NCBI RefSeq assembly: GCF_018350175.1
Contig: NC_058373.1
Location: forward strand, 100,566,001-100,630,000
Direction of reading: 5' to 3'
From: Felis catus
Taxonomy: Eukaryota
DNA: 64,000 bases
The translations under genes were made by a program, and so were the position numbers. The notes under the pieces are model-generated. The model ran no database searches. It was given only the letters and a program-made list of their open reading frames with translations, and was not told the origin of the DNA. Position 1 is the first letter of the stretch. Each line of letters begins with the position of its first letter. This document shows positions 53,652 through 64,000 of this stretch, piece by piece.

Positions 53652-53955
53652 GAAAGAAAAGTGGATAAACAAAAAATCAGACTCTTAAATACAGAGAACA
53701 AACTGGTGGTTATAAGCCCTGTGTTGGACTCTGTGCTGACAGCTCAGAGCCTGGAGCCTGTTTCAGATTCTGTGTCTCCCTCTCTCTCTGACCTTCCCCC
53801 ACTCACACTCTGTGTCTCTCTCTCAAAAGTAAACATTGAAAACATAAAAAAAAAAAAAAGAGACTACACTTGTTGTGATGAGCACTAAGTGATGTATGGA
53901 ATTGTTGAATCACTATATTGTATGCCTGAAACTAATATAACACTGTATAAAAAAA
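53610..53955 (+). mobile_element. Composite: A-rich tract, L1 3'UTR piece, 5'-truncated CanSINE (53712-53859), L1 3'UTR remainder
   Basis: L1 pieces align with the L1 3' UTR at ~1270-1430; the SINE lacks its head and shows no TSD. Confidence 0.85.
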
Positions 53956-55322
53956 GGTAAATCTTAGAAATGCCATGGGAGAATGGTCAATAAAATCTTG
54001 AACTAGGAAGAAAAAGGAAATGTGGTTTGATTTTAATTAGTGTCATCTGCTGTCTTTCAGTCACTCACGTATGAACAGTTTGTTCATTCAATGCCTCTAC
54101 TGCCTCAAGTCAAGTGACAAAGGCTATTTGAATCACCATCACAGAGGACATTATCATTGGGCATTATTTATCATGAATTCACTGCTGCACAATGCCAAGA
54201 CAAGGTAGATAGGCAGAATAATTGCCCACAGCTAAAGACCATTTAACACACAGATCATTTCCCAGAGCCCTTTAGACCCCTGTGCAAATATCCTAATGGA
54301 ATCTTAGATGTTAATTTGCAACAAAAGCAAATTGTATGGATAAAAGGGCAGGAGAGTTGGTAATATTCTAAAAGTTATTTGATTACAAAATACATATCAT
54401 CATTTCCTTACCTGTAAGGTCTTCCAAAAATGGAAGTGGGAGGCAGTATACTATAGTTTAGTGGTTTCTAGATACTTGTTTTTAATAAATCAGTTAAATT
54501 TTAAAGCAAAAAATGGGAGGGACTCATTAATACAAGATTGCCAACTTTTTTTTGCAAATTTTGTGAAGGAAATTAAAAAAAAAAGGAATTTCCTATAAAC
54601 TAATGCTATAATTTCATGAAGAAAGACATTTGAATACCAAAATAAAAGAGTGGATATAATTTCAGAATAAAGAATGGTCTTTTAAAGTATATGGTAGTGT
54701 TTAACACTTACATAAAAGGTACTAAGACATTTGAATGTATTGTCTTACACAACCTTGTGAGATGAATATTGTTATTATTCCCATTCTACAGATAAAGACA
54801 TTGGGGCACAAAGAGGTAATGTGTCTAAAGAAACACAGTAATGGCAGAGTGTTTATGCATTTCTTTCCGGAGTCTGTGGTTTTAAAAACTATGTGATAAG
54901 TGTTAATAACACTTTACAGTTACTGTCACTAAAAAAAAGGTTACATAACTTGCTTTCCTAAATTTGACCTCAGCAGGTCACAGACCTGCACCAGTCTGAA
55001 AGTGTCTCTTGAAGTGTCTCGTGTGTCTGAAGTGTCTCTTGAAGAAGGAGCCAGAGGTAGTTTGTGACCGTGGGAGGCTGCAGTAGGTGTGGGCCTCAGC
55101 TTCATGAGGGTCCTCAAAGTCAGACTTTTGATGTTATCTTCAAATATTGTCATACATATAGACACAAAGAGACACCAACTGGTTTAGAAGAAAAGTCAAA
55201 GGAGCCATTCACCAAACGTCTTTTTACTTGCATACGATCGTCAGACATACCGCCTGCAGTGCACTATGAATTGATTTTGTTCAAAATGCATTTGTTAAGT
55301 ACCTTTTGAAAAACACCATTCT

Positions 55323-55450
55323 AGGGGAGCCTATGTGGCGCAATTGGTCAAGCATCTGGCTCTTGATTTCAGCCCAGGTCATGATTGCCTTGTTCATGAG
55401 ATTGAACCCCATGTTGGGCTCTGCACGGATGGTGTGGAGCCTGCTTGGGA

Positions 55451-55482
<32 letters not shown>

Positions 55483-55513
55483 ATAAATAAAATAAACATT
55501 AAAAAAAAAAAAA
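55323..55513 (+). mobile_element. CanSINE
   Basis: TSD AAAAAC(A/T)CCATTCTA. Confidence 0.92.
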
Positions 55514-55789
55514 GGAAAAACTCCATTCTACTGGTATTGAAACTATATTGTGAGTGAGACAGTACTTATTTCCTACTCTTCATGGACAGGGATGGACCAT
55601 CCATTTGCTTCCCAGGAAGAATAGACACACCAGGATGCCTTTTATCTTCTATCTCCTCACTCCTCCTCCGACAAGATGGAATAACTTACATAGTTGGTGA
55701 ATGGCTTGGCTCTGTGTCTTTGGGGCTTATCTTCCAGAGCCAGTCTGTCTCCAGGATGCCCTCTGCTCTTCCCTATGGGCTACCTAGGA

Positions 55790-56260
55790 AGACAGACATT
55801 GAACAATTAACAAATAACAGATGACAGCTGCGATGACTGTCATGGCAGGTGCACGTAACCTCTAGCCTGGACATATAACCTCTAGCCTGAAGGGTCAAGG
55901 AAAACATTCTTCCCTAAGAAAGTGAGAGTCAATTGTGAGCCTCCACAGTGCATAGGAGTTAATAAGACAAATGGATAGGTGGATGGGTAGGATGATGGGA
56001 GTAAGGATGAGGAGTGGGCAGTATTCCAGGAGGAGGGTACTAAAGCTGGGAGGGTCTAAAGTGAGAAGGGGCATGGAGGCCCATGGCACTGAAACAAATT
56101 TGCTGCAAATGAGGTAAGGGAGAAGATAGCACCAGATGACACTGGAAAGCCAGATTGGGGCTACAGTAGAGGCTTTGCAGTCCATGAGAAGGCTTTTGGA
56201 TCTTGTCTCAGGAGTAATCTGATGCCTTTGAAATGTGTAAATAAAGGGAGTGACAATCAT
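55790..56260 (-). mobile_element. L2 fragment
   Basis: GGGTCAAGGAAAACATTCTTCC...; GCCAGAT...GGCTTTGCAGTCCATG...GGCTTTTGGA typical of antisense L2. Confidence 0.6.
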
Positions 56261-57639
56261 TCCCTATTTTCTCTGTAGCATTCCCCATTTCTGACTACAT
56301 CAGAAAGAAAATTCCTATCATGTGCTAATCTCTCTTTAACACCTTGATGCTTTTGATGAATTACTCATCTGCCTCTTATAATGAGCAGTGTGTGTGAAAT
56401 CTGTTCAGCAGTTCTCAGCCACGGCTGGGCCTGAAAAACTTTTAAATATTCTGATGCAAGGCCACACTCAAGACCAATGAAAACAGAATCTCCAAGCATA
56501 GGAACCAAGCATCCGTATTTTTGAGACACAACAGCCTCTGCAATTGAATTTAACAAACATTTATTGGGCCCCTACTGATCCTAAATCGAAGCACTGCATT
56601 AGACCCTGTGCATACAAAGATGACTAAGGGTGAACAGCTGTTTTCAGCTGGAAACTATTCCAAAGTTGTGGTGTTTGCAGCTGCTACAAAAGGAAGCAAG
56701 GCCGAGGCAGCCCCAGGGGTCAGGAGGCAATTAAAAGAATCCTTGAAATCAAAGTCAATAAAAATACTCATGGGGTTGTGTATCTACAGTGTCTCACCTG
56801 GCCTTTTCATCAGAAACCCCAGAAATCAGGAACCCTGAGCCAGGAAAGATCTGTCTCTTGGTGCTCAGTGTGAGGACCCTGCTGCTTTGATTGCTCTCCC
56901 CATCCTTGCCTTGGAGAACTGGGCTGAGAATGGAGGCAACACACCCATTTATTCATTTGTTCAGTTATTGAGTGCCTATCTTGTGTCAGTGTACTAGGCA
57001 GGGGGGCCACAAAAGACCACTCACGTTTCCTGAACTCAGAGTTGCTCACAGAAGACCAGGGATCTAGTCTGTTTTTTAGTTTATTTGTCAGACTAAATCA
57101 CAATGAAAATGCCTTCTGAATGTATTTCAAAAGGCTGATCTGAGGATAACAATAGATTATAAATATTCAAATTCTTTGGAACATAAGGAATCCATGATAG
57201 GTCAACAGAGAATTCTACACCTTGAATTGTGAAACCATAGAACTTCAAGTTTTACTATTTATGCTACTGATTTTGGAAATATTTTCAGTTTATGCTACTG
57301 ATTTTGGAAATATTTCAAAAAATTTTAAAATTTGTTCTATGTATCTTCTAGCATTGTATCAAGTACAAAAGGGTATTTAACAATTTTTTTTTTTACTATC
57401 ACTGAATAAGTCTATCTAAATTGGAAAGGACACATTTTTTTTTCTGAACAAAGTTTATAAAGAAAAAGACATTACAATATGAAAACAAGCCAAATGTTGA
57501 GGCCAATTAAATTCTGAAAGTTTTAAAAGAGTATAGAACCACATCTTTATTTTTAAAGCCTATGTTTATGATGGCCCCTGGGGAGCTTGAAATTCTAAGA
57601 TTTCAACCCGAATAAGACAGGAAGGCATCTTTTAAAAAG

Positions 57640-57900
57640 AACATATGGGAAAGAAAAATAAAGGGTGAGAGAGAGAAAGAGGGAAGCAAACTATAAGAGA
57701 CTTAACTGCAGAGAACAAACTGAGGGTTGATGGAGGGAGGTGGGCGGTGGATGGGCTAAATGGATCATGGGCATTAAGGAAGGCATTTGTTGTGATGAGC
57801 ACTGGGTGTTATATGTAAGTGATGAATCACTAAATTCTACACCTGAAACCAACTTTACCATATGTTAACTAGAATTTAAATAAAAACTTGAAAAAAAATC
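57640..57900 (+). mobile_element. Carnivore L1 3' end
   Basis: AGAGAACAAACTGAGGGTTGATGGAGGG...GATGAGCACTGGGTGTTATATGTAAGTGATGAATCACTAAATTCTAC...A tail. Confidence 0.88.
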
Positions 57901-58159
57901 CAAGTTTTCATCAAAGTGCTTTAATTTCTTCTCTTATTTGGCTCCATTTTGAGATAAACCAAGAAAAAAGATGTATCTCATAGCCTTAGAGAATCCTAGA
58001 CCTGAAGGGTAGGGAGAAGGGTTGGGAAGATCCAGAAGACATCAAGAATGACCTAGAGAGCTTTTTCAGAAACATGCTTGCCTGGTTTCTGATGGGGTTT
58101 CTGATGGGAATAGAGAAATGGGGGATTTGACACATACTTTTAAGAAACTCTCCAGGGTC

Positions 58160-58360
58160 AGGGGGAGGTGCCTGAGTGGCTCAGTCGGTTGAGCCCTGGA
58201 CTCCTGATTTCAGCTCAGGTCCTGATCTCACAGTCATGAGATTGAGCCCTGCGTAGGGCTCTCCGCTGGCAGCATAGAGGCTGCTTGAGATTCTCTATTC
58301 TTCTCCCTGTGCCCCTCTCCCACCTGTGCTCTCTCTCTCAAAAAAGGAAAAAAATAAGAA
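58160..58360 (+). mobile_element. CanSINE within a MER5-like relic
   Basis: GTGCCTGAGTGGCTCAGTCGGTT head; approximate TSD AAGAA(A/G)C(T/C)CTCCAG. Confidence 0.88.
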
Positions 58361-59334
58361 AAGAAGCCCTCCAGATGATTCTGCTGCCTATTCTGGTTCA
58401 GAACCACTCATCAAGTCTAATCATTCTATTTTATAGATGCAGAAACCAAGACCCAGAGATTTGAAGTGAGCTATTCAAAGTCTTACAGCTAGTGACAAAA
58501 CTTAATTTTGTGTTTTCTATATCACATAGATTTTCATATTTTTGCTAACATTACCATAACCTCAATTCCACTGACATAGCCTTTGCTCTATAAATAATTA
58601 AAACATTTTTTTTCTTAGATGTTGTATAAGAGGGAAGCTTACTTAGCTCTGGATGGACCAGAATGTTTAACCATTAGCAGCAGTTAGCAGGTATGATTAT
58701 AAATGCCTCAAACAATCATTTAAATAAAAGATAGGGGTAACTTGGTATGGTCTCCCAGGATGTGGAATTAACAGGAAACTGAAAAATCATTCACTTGGTT
58801 TCAAAAACAGAATGATATTCATCATGATACAACCTTTTTGTTCTACTCTGACTTTTGAATGAAAAATACCTAGAGTTAGTTAAATAAAACAAAATCCTAC
58901 TATTGTATACTGACAACATATTTAAATTTTTCTTTATAATGTAATAATTTGGGTATAGGTAACTTTTCTTCCCACCTGCCACTAAGCATATAAGGTATTC
59001 AATCTCAAATTTTAAGTGTGATGAGAAACATATCTAACCGAGCTAAATATATATTGAGTGGAAAGTTGTGCCACAGTTTGGATTTCACACACAATTCTCA
59101 CTTATATTTGTTTTGAAATACTTGAGAGATTGGTATGCATGGTGCTATTTATTCTAATGCTAAATATGAATGCAAGTCCCAGTGGAACTGCAAATATGTT
59201 CGTTCCAACAGCTCCAAATTACAAGGTTAACAACCTGTTTTTGTGCTCTTCTTTTCTGCTTTTTCTAAAATTGCAAATTGCTCTGCTAGCTTAGCTCATG
59301 GATAAACTGAAAAGGACAGTATGGGGGTGGAGTT

Positions 59335-59337
<3 letters not shown>

Positions 59338-59383
<46 letters not shown>
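59338..59383. repeat. (GT)n microsatellite
   Basis: About 22 perfect GT units. Confidence 0.97.
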
Positions 59384-59384
<1 letters not shown>

Positions 59385-59539
59385 TGGAAGGAGGAGAAGA
59401 GACAAGGTTAAAGAAGGGAGTTCCACTGAACTGCTGTGGGTAACTGGTCGTCTTTATATCACTTCCAGATTGCCATTTGGTAAATAGTCTTTTAATTTTT
59501 GTCCCACGCAGCTATCTCTCTTTTTCTTTGTTTCTTTCA

Positions 59540-59722
59540 AGTTTGTTTGTTTGTTGTTTATTTATTTATTTAGAGAGAATGAGTGGTGGAGATACTGACA
59601 AGCATGCTCTGTGCTGTCAGTGCAGAGCCCAGCATGGGTCTTGAACCCATGAACCAGGAGATCATGACCTGAGCCAAAATCAAGAGTCAGACACTCAACT
59701 GACTGAGCCACCCAGGCACCCC
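59540..59722 (-). mobile_element. CanSINE
   Basis: GAGATCATGACCTGAGCCAAAATCAAGAG...CCACCCAGGCACCCC. Confidence 0.88.
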
Positions 59723-60514
59723 TTTGTCTTTATTTCTTAGAGTGAAAATGTTATACCACTAATATTAGAGAGGTTAATCATTTCTAGTACCATAAAAAGC
59801 ATTAAACACCAAGTGACAAAAGGTCAAATTTACAGAAGCTCAAAATCTTAAGGAAAAAAAAGCCATGCTGTGAAGCTATCCATGATTTTTCCTCCTCAAA
59901 AGGCGATCCTTTTATAGACTCTGATAGAATTTTGCCCATGCCCTCCTAATGCCATGTGCCAACTTCTACTTTGTACCCTTAATTCTGCCGTGCAAGGTAA
60001 ATGGATTGTGGCCAATATGTTTAGGTATCTGTATCTCCCATTGTCCCTGATCTGGTACCTTGTGCACAGTAAACATTCATAAAGAATATCAGAACACTGC
60101 ATCTCTAAGATTAACCTAAAGGGAGAGGAGTAACTACTTGATTAACAATGGAGCATAAAACATTAATGTAAGGCTTGAATGCACCTGTTTCATGAAAGAA
60201 CTATTCTCAGGTTACACAGCAATCAGATGCTTTAAGAGGAAACAGGTTTCTTTCAATTGGTATGTCATGTGATGGGACTTTGAAAGGAGATACATCTAAT
60301 ACTCTAGAAAGCTCTTAGGAGGAGCTCCTTACCTCTCTAGGAAAGCTAAAAATAGGAAAGGGGAAGATAACAATGCAAACATTTATGGAGGCTCTCTTCA
60401 CTTGCAATCTTTGATACAATAACATCCCAATTTGACAGCCTCTCAGAGGCAATATAACCTGGCTCTAAGGACTGACTCTCTGAGATTTTCTATGGTTCTT
60501 AAGTTTTGGTTCTG

Positions 60515-60682
60515 AACCAAATTCTAATAGTTCATGTTGCTTGGGAACTGGCTAGAAATGTAAAATTTCTGACCCTCCCAAGATCTAATGAATCAAAAAT
60601 TCCGGGGTGGAGCCCAGCACACTATTCTTTAATAAGCCCCCCATGTGATTCTGCTGCAGACTAAAAATTTGAGAATACTGTT
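60515..60682. mobile_element. MER5A-like hAT relic
   Basis: AATGAATCAAAAATTCCGGGGTGGAGCCCAGCA...TTTAATAAGCCCCCCATGTGATTCTG...TTTGAGAATACTG. Confidence 0.75.
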
Positions 60683-61789
60683 CCACTCTGACCCTCCCCA
60701 GCTGCTGTGTACCAGTGGTTCAGATCACCTGGGAAAAGCTCCCTTGGGCCTTGGGCTCTTGGACAGTGGAGAAAATGAATGTTTGGTGGGGAGAAAGGGG
60801 AAATGAAGCTTACTCTCTTGTTCTGTCCTACTAATATAAAAGTACTTCAAAGGTTTCTCTACTAAAATAACACTTTAATTATCCATTGTAATCTTAGTAG
60901 GGATTTGCTAATTCAGCTGAGACCTGGGATAGTGCTTAGTCAACACTATAAATTGATCTGGATGCACTGGGCTGAGTCAGCCTGAGTTGACATTTGTCTT
61001 CTGTGATGGCCATGAAGGAAGGGGTTAGTAAGATAATAGTGTATGAACGATTTTAAGAAATATGTTTCATTTACATAACAAAAAATATTAGAGATGCAAG
61101 AGGCCTTAGGAACTAATTTTTTTTTTCTGATCTTATTTTACAGAGATCTCATAGCTACTTAGTGATAGAATCAGGACCAGAAATCAAGTTGTTACCATTT
61201 GTGAAGGAGTGCTTATTCTAGGGAATCTAATGCACTGTCTACAGTGCCAGGAATAATTTATGCTACTCAGCACTTACATTTCAACATTTTCCCTACATGG
61301 AATGGATAGAAGGCTTAAATTCTGGATAAAGCAAAGACCAAGATCATAATTTGACTTTAAGGAATTCAGTCTGATGTTTTCTAGTCATCTTAATATCTAT
61401 TCAAGTTCTGGTTGAGGACCTAATTATGCTCATTTGTCACTTCATTGAAAGATTCAAGAAAATTCTCTAAAAATCTATTGTATTAATTAGAATGGTTTTG
61501 GTTGCCAGAACAGAAGCCTACTGGAGCCAATTTCAGCAGGAAGGGGGCACTAATTACAGTGGGATTGAAGAAAGAGTTGGACAAGCAGGCCTCAGGAGAA
61601 TGGAAACTGGGGCCAGGAGCACTGTAAAGAGACCAGAAAGAGCCCTCTTTCTGGGTTTCCTCTTCATCTGCTTCTTTTTGCCCATAGGTCTCATTAATCT
61701 CTCATATAACAGAATGATATTTTTCTATTTCACAGGGGACACAGGAGAGAAAGGAAGCCACAGTTAGTGGTATATACAACTTAAGTTTT

Positions 61790-61992
61790 AGGGGTGCCTG
61801 GGTGTGTCCAACTTAGGCTCAGGTTATGATCTTGTGGTTTGTGAGTTCAAGCCCTGTGTCAGACTCTGCTGACAGCTCAGAGCCTGGAGCCTGCTTCAGA
61901 TTCTGTGTCTCCCTCTCTCTCTCTCTCTCTGCCCCTCCCCTGCTCACACTCTGTTTCTCTCCCTCTCAAAAATAAACACTTAAAAAAAAAAC
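61790..61992 (+). mobile_element. CanSINE
   Basis: GGGGTGCCTGGGTG head with small deletion; (CT)n region; A tail. Confidence 0.9.
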
Positions 61993-62150
61993 CACATAAG
62001 TTTTATATGTTGCATACAGAACTGATACTTGATATTTTTCTTTTTTAGAGTTTTTTTTTCAATAACAGGTTTATTGAAATATTATTCAAAAATTCATATA
62101 CCACAAAGTTCATTTTTAAATAAAGTTGTACAATGCAGTGGTTTTTTGTA

Positions 62151-63227
62151 CATTTGATTATTCATGGAAACGTGCCCAGTGGCAAAAATTTGAATTGCTG
62201 GACATGCACATCTCCAGCTGAGGTTGGACATCTCTCATACTAAAGACAAGTGGTCTATTTAATGCCATGGTTTTTGCATTTTTGTGCTTTTTTTTTTATT
62301 TTATTTTTAAATTTTTTTTCAACGTTTTTATTTTATTTTTGGGACAGAGAGAGACAGAGCATGAACGGGGGAGGGGCAGAGAGAGAGGGAGACACAGAAT
62401 CGGAAACAGGCTCCAGGCTCTGAGCCATCAGCCCAGAGCCTGACGCGGGGCTCGAACTCACGGACCTCGAGATCGTGACCTGGCTGAAGTCGGACGCTTA
62501 ACCGACTGCGCCACCCAGGCGCCCCGCATTTTTGTGCTTTTTATTGGTGATGTTGCTCTGTAGAACGGCCCCAAGAACAGTGCTGAAATACTGGCCAGTG
62601 TTCCCAAGCACTGGAAGGCTGTGATGTGCCTTACAAAGGAAATACGTATATTAGATAAGCTTTTCTTTCAGGCATGAGTTATAGTGCTGCTCTCTATGAG
62701 TTCAATGTGAATGAAGCAACAGTGAAGTACATCCAGAAAAAAGAGGAGGAAATTTGCCAATCTGTTCATGAGGCTGCTTTGGAAAGTGCTAGAGTAACAT
62801 CTACAGTGTGTGAAGAAGCTATGGAGAAGATGGAAAAGTGGCTAAATTTGTGAATTCTTGAGATGGTAATCAATCTCAAAGAGCATAAAGTATAGTGGAT
62901 AGCATTGTTGTGAGACTGAAAGTCAAAAAAAATTTGCTGTCATATTACCCAAGGTGAGAAATGTTAAACTCTTCTTGATTAGTGTTTAATATAAAGAAAT
63001 ATTGCATACAATTAATTATAAGAAATACATATTAAGTAAGGTGTTTTTAGACAGAAATATGCATAAAACAAGGTTATGTATTGACTGCCTGATGAAAATG
63101 CTATGAACAGAAGCTTGTGGGAACCTAGTCTTATATTTCCCTCAGGAATAATGTCTTAGTATTTCACTACTTCACTGTTTACAGCAACTTTATAGAATAT
63201 AATTACATTGAAAATGAGAATCTATTG
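62151..63227. mobile_element. MER82-like Tigger DNA transposon relic
   Basis: TA-flanked; AAGGCTGTGATGTGCCTTAC...TTAGATAAGCTT...GGCATGAGTTATAGTGCT...GAGTTCAATGT (transposase HTH start); ends GAGAATCTATTG|TA. Confidence 0.78.
62293..62525 (-). mobile_element. Young felid CanSINE
   Basis: 17-bp TSD GCATTTTTGTGCTTTTT at 62276 and 62526; nearly identical to the copies at 9534 and 26881. Confidence 0.96.
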
Positions 63228-64000
63228 TATATATTCACAAAATTATGCCTCAAACACCACTATCTAATTCCAGAACATTTTCATCATCCCCAAAAGAAAT
63301 CCCATACCCATTAGCAGTTATTCCCCACTTCCCCTTTACCCCCAGCTCCTTGAAACCACTAATCTACTTTCTGTCTCTGTGGATTTGCCTATTCTGGACA
63401 TTTCATGTAAACAGAATCATATGATATGTGGCCTTTTGTGTCTTGGTTCTTTCACTTAGCATAATGTTTTCAAGGTTCATTCGTGTTTTCCAAAGTGGCT
63501 GCACCATTTTTCAATCTCACCAGCAATGTATGAGGATTCCACTTTCTCTACATTCTTGCCAATGCTTGTTACTGTTGTCTTTTTTATTTTGGCCATCACA
63601 GTGGGTATAAAATGATATTTCTTTGTGGTTTTGACTTATATTTCCCTGATGACTAATAATGTTTAATTAACCTTTTCATATACTTATGGACAATTTGTAA
63701 ATCTTTGGAAAGGTATCTATTCAAATCCTTTCCCCACTTAAAAAATTGGAATATTTGTTGACTGTAAGACTTCTTTATATATTTTGGATACAAATCCCTT
63801 GAAAGATAAATGATTCGCAAGTATTTTTCTCCATTCTGGGGGCGGTTTTTTATGTTTTGATGGCTGAATAGACTTTTGATGTAGAGACTTTTGATTTTGA
63901 TTTTGCATAGGTGTCTACTTTTCAGGTGATGGGGCAACATTGGCAATTACTTTCTATGTAGCCATGTGAAGACACAGGGAGAAAACAGCTATCTACAAAC

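Larger units (their letters stand above)
62045..63885 (-). mobile_element. L1MB-like 3' end interrupted by a Tigger-family element
   Basis: TTTATTGAAATA...CAGTGGTTTTTTGTA resumes as TATATTCACAA...TTCCAGAACATTTTCATCATCCCCAAAAGAAATCCCATACCCATTAGCAG. Confidence 0.88.

Overview
Mammalian genomic DNA, almost certainly from a felid: it carries many carnivore tRNA-derived CanSINEs, including young near-identical SINEC_Fc-type copies. The only supportable protein-coding feature is coding exon 1 of DDHD1 (PA-preferring phospholipase A1), on the minus strand at 34997-34169 inside a CpG-island promoter. Bases 1-34168 are intron 1 (I found no exon 2) and ~35300-64000 is upstream intergenic sequence. The rest is mostly interspersed repeats: L1, L2, MIR, CanSINE, MaLR/ERV LTRs, a near-full-length Tigger1 and other DNA transposon relics. 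I see no convincing novel multi-gene system. The most unusual observations are (1) a ~98%-identical 152-154 bp non-repeat duplication on either side of the DDHD1 promoter, (2) a TA-flanked Tigger/pogo-like element carrying a candidate poison exon in DDHD1 sense, (3) candidate exons of a divergent transcript, and (4) several atypical retrotransposition structures. Repeat family names come from recalled consensus sequences, and boundaries of old elements are approximate.
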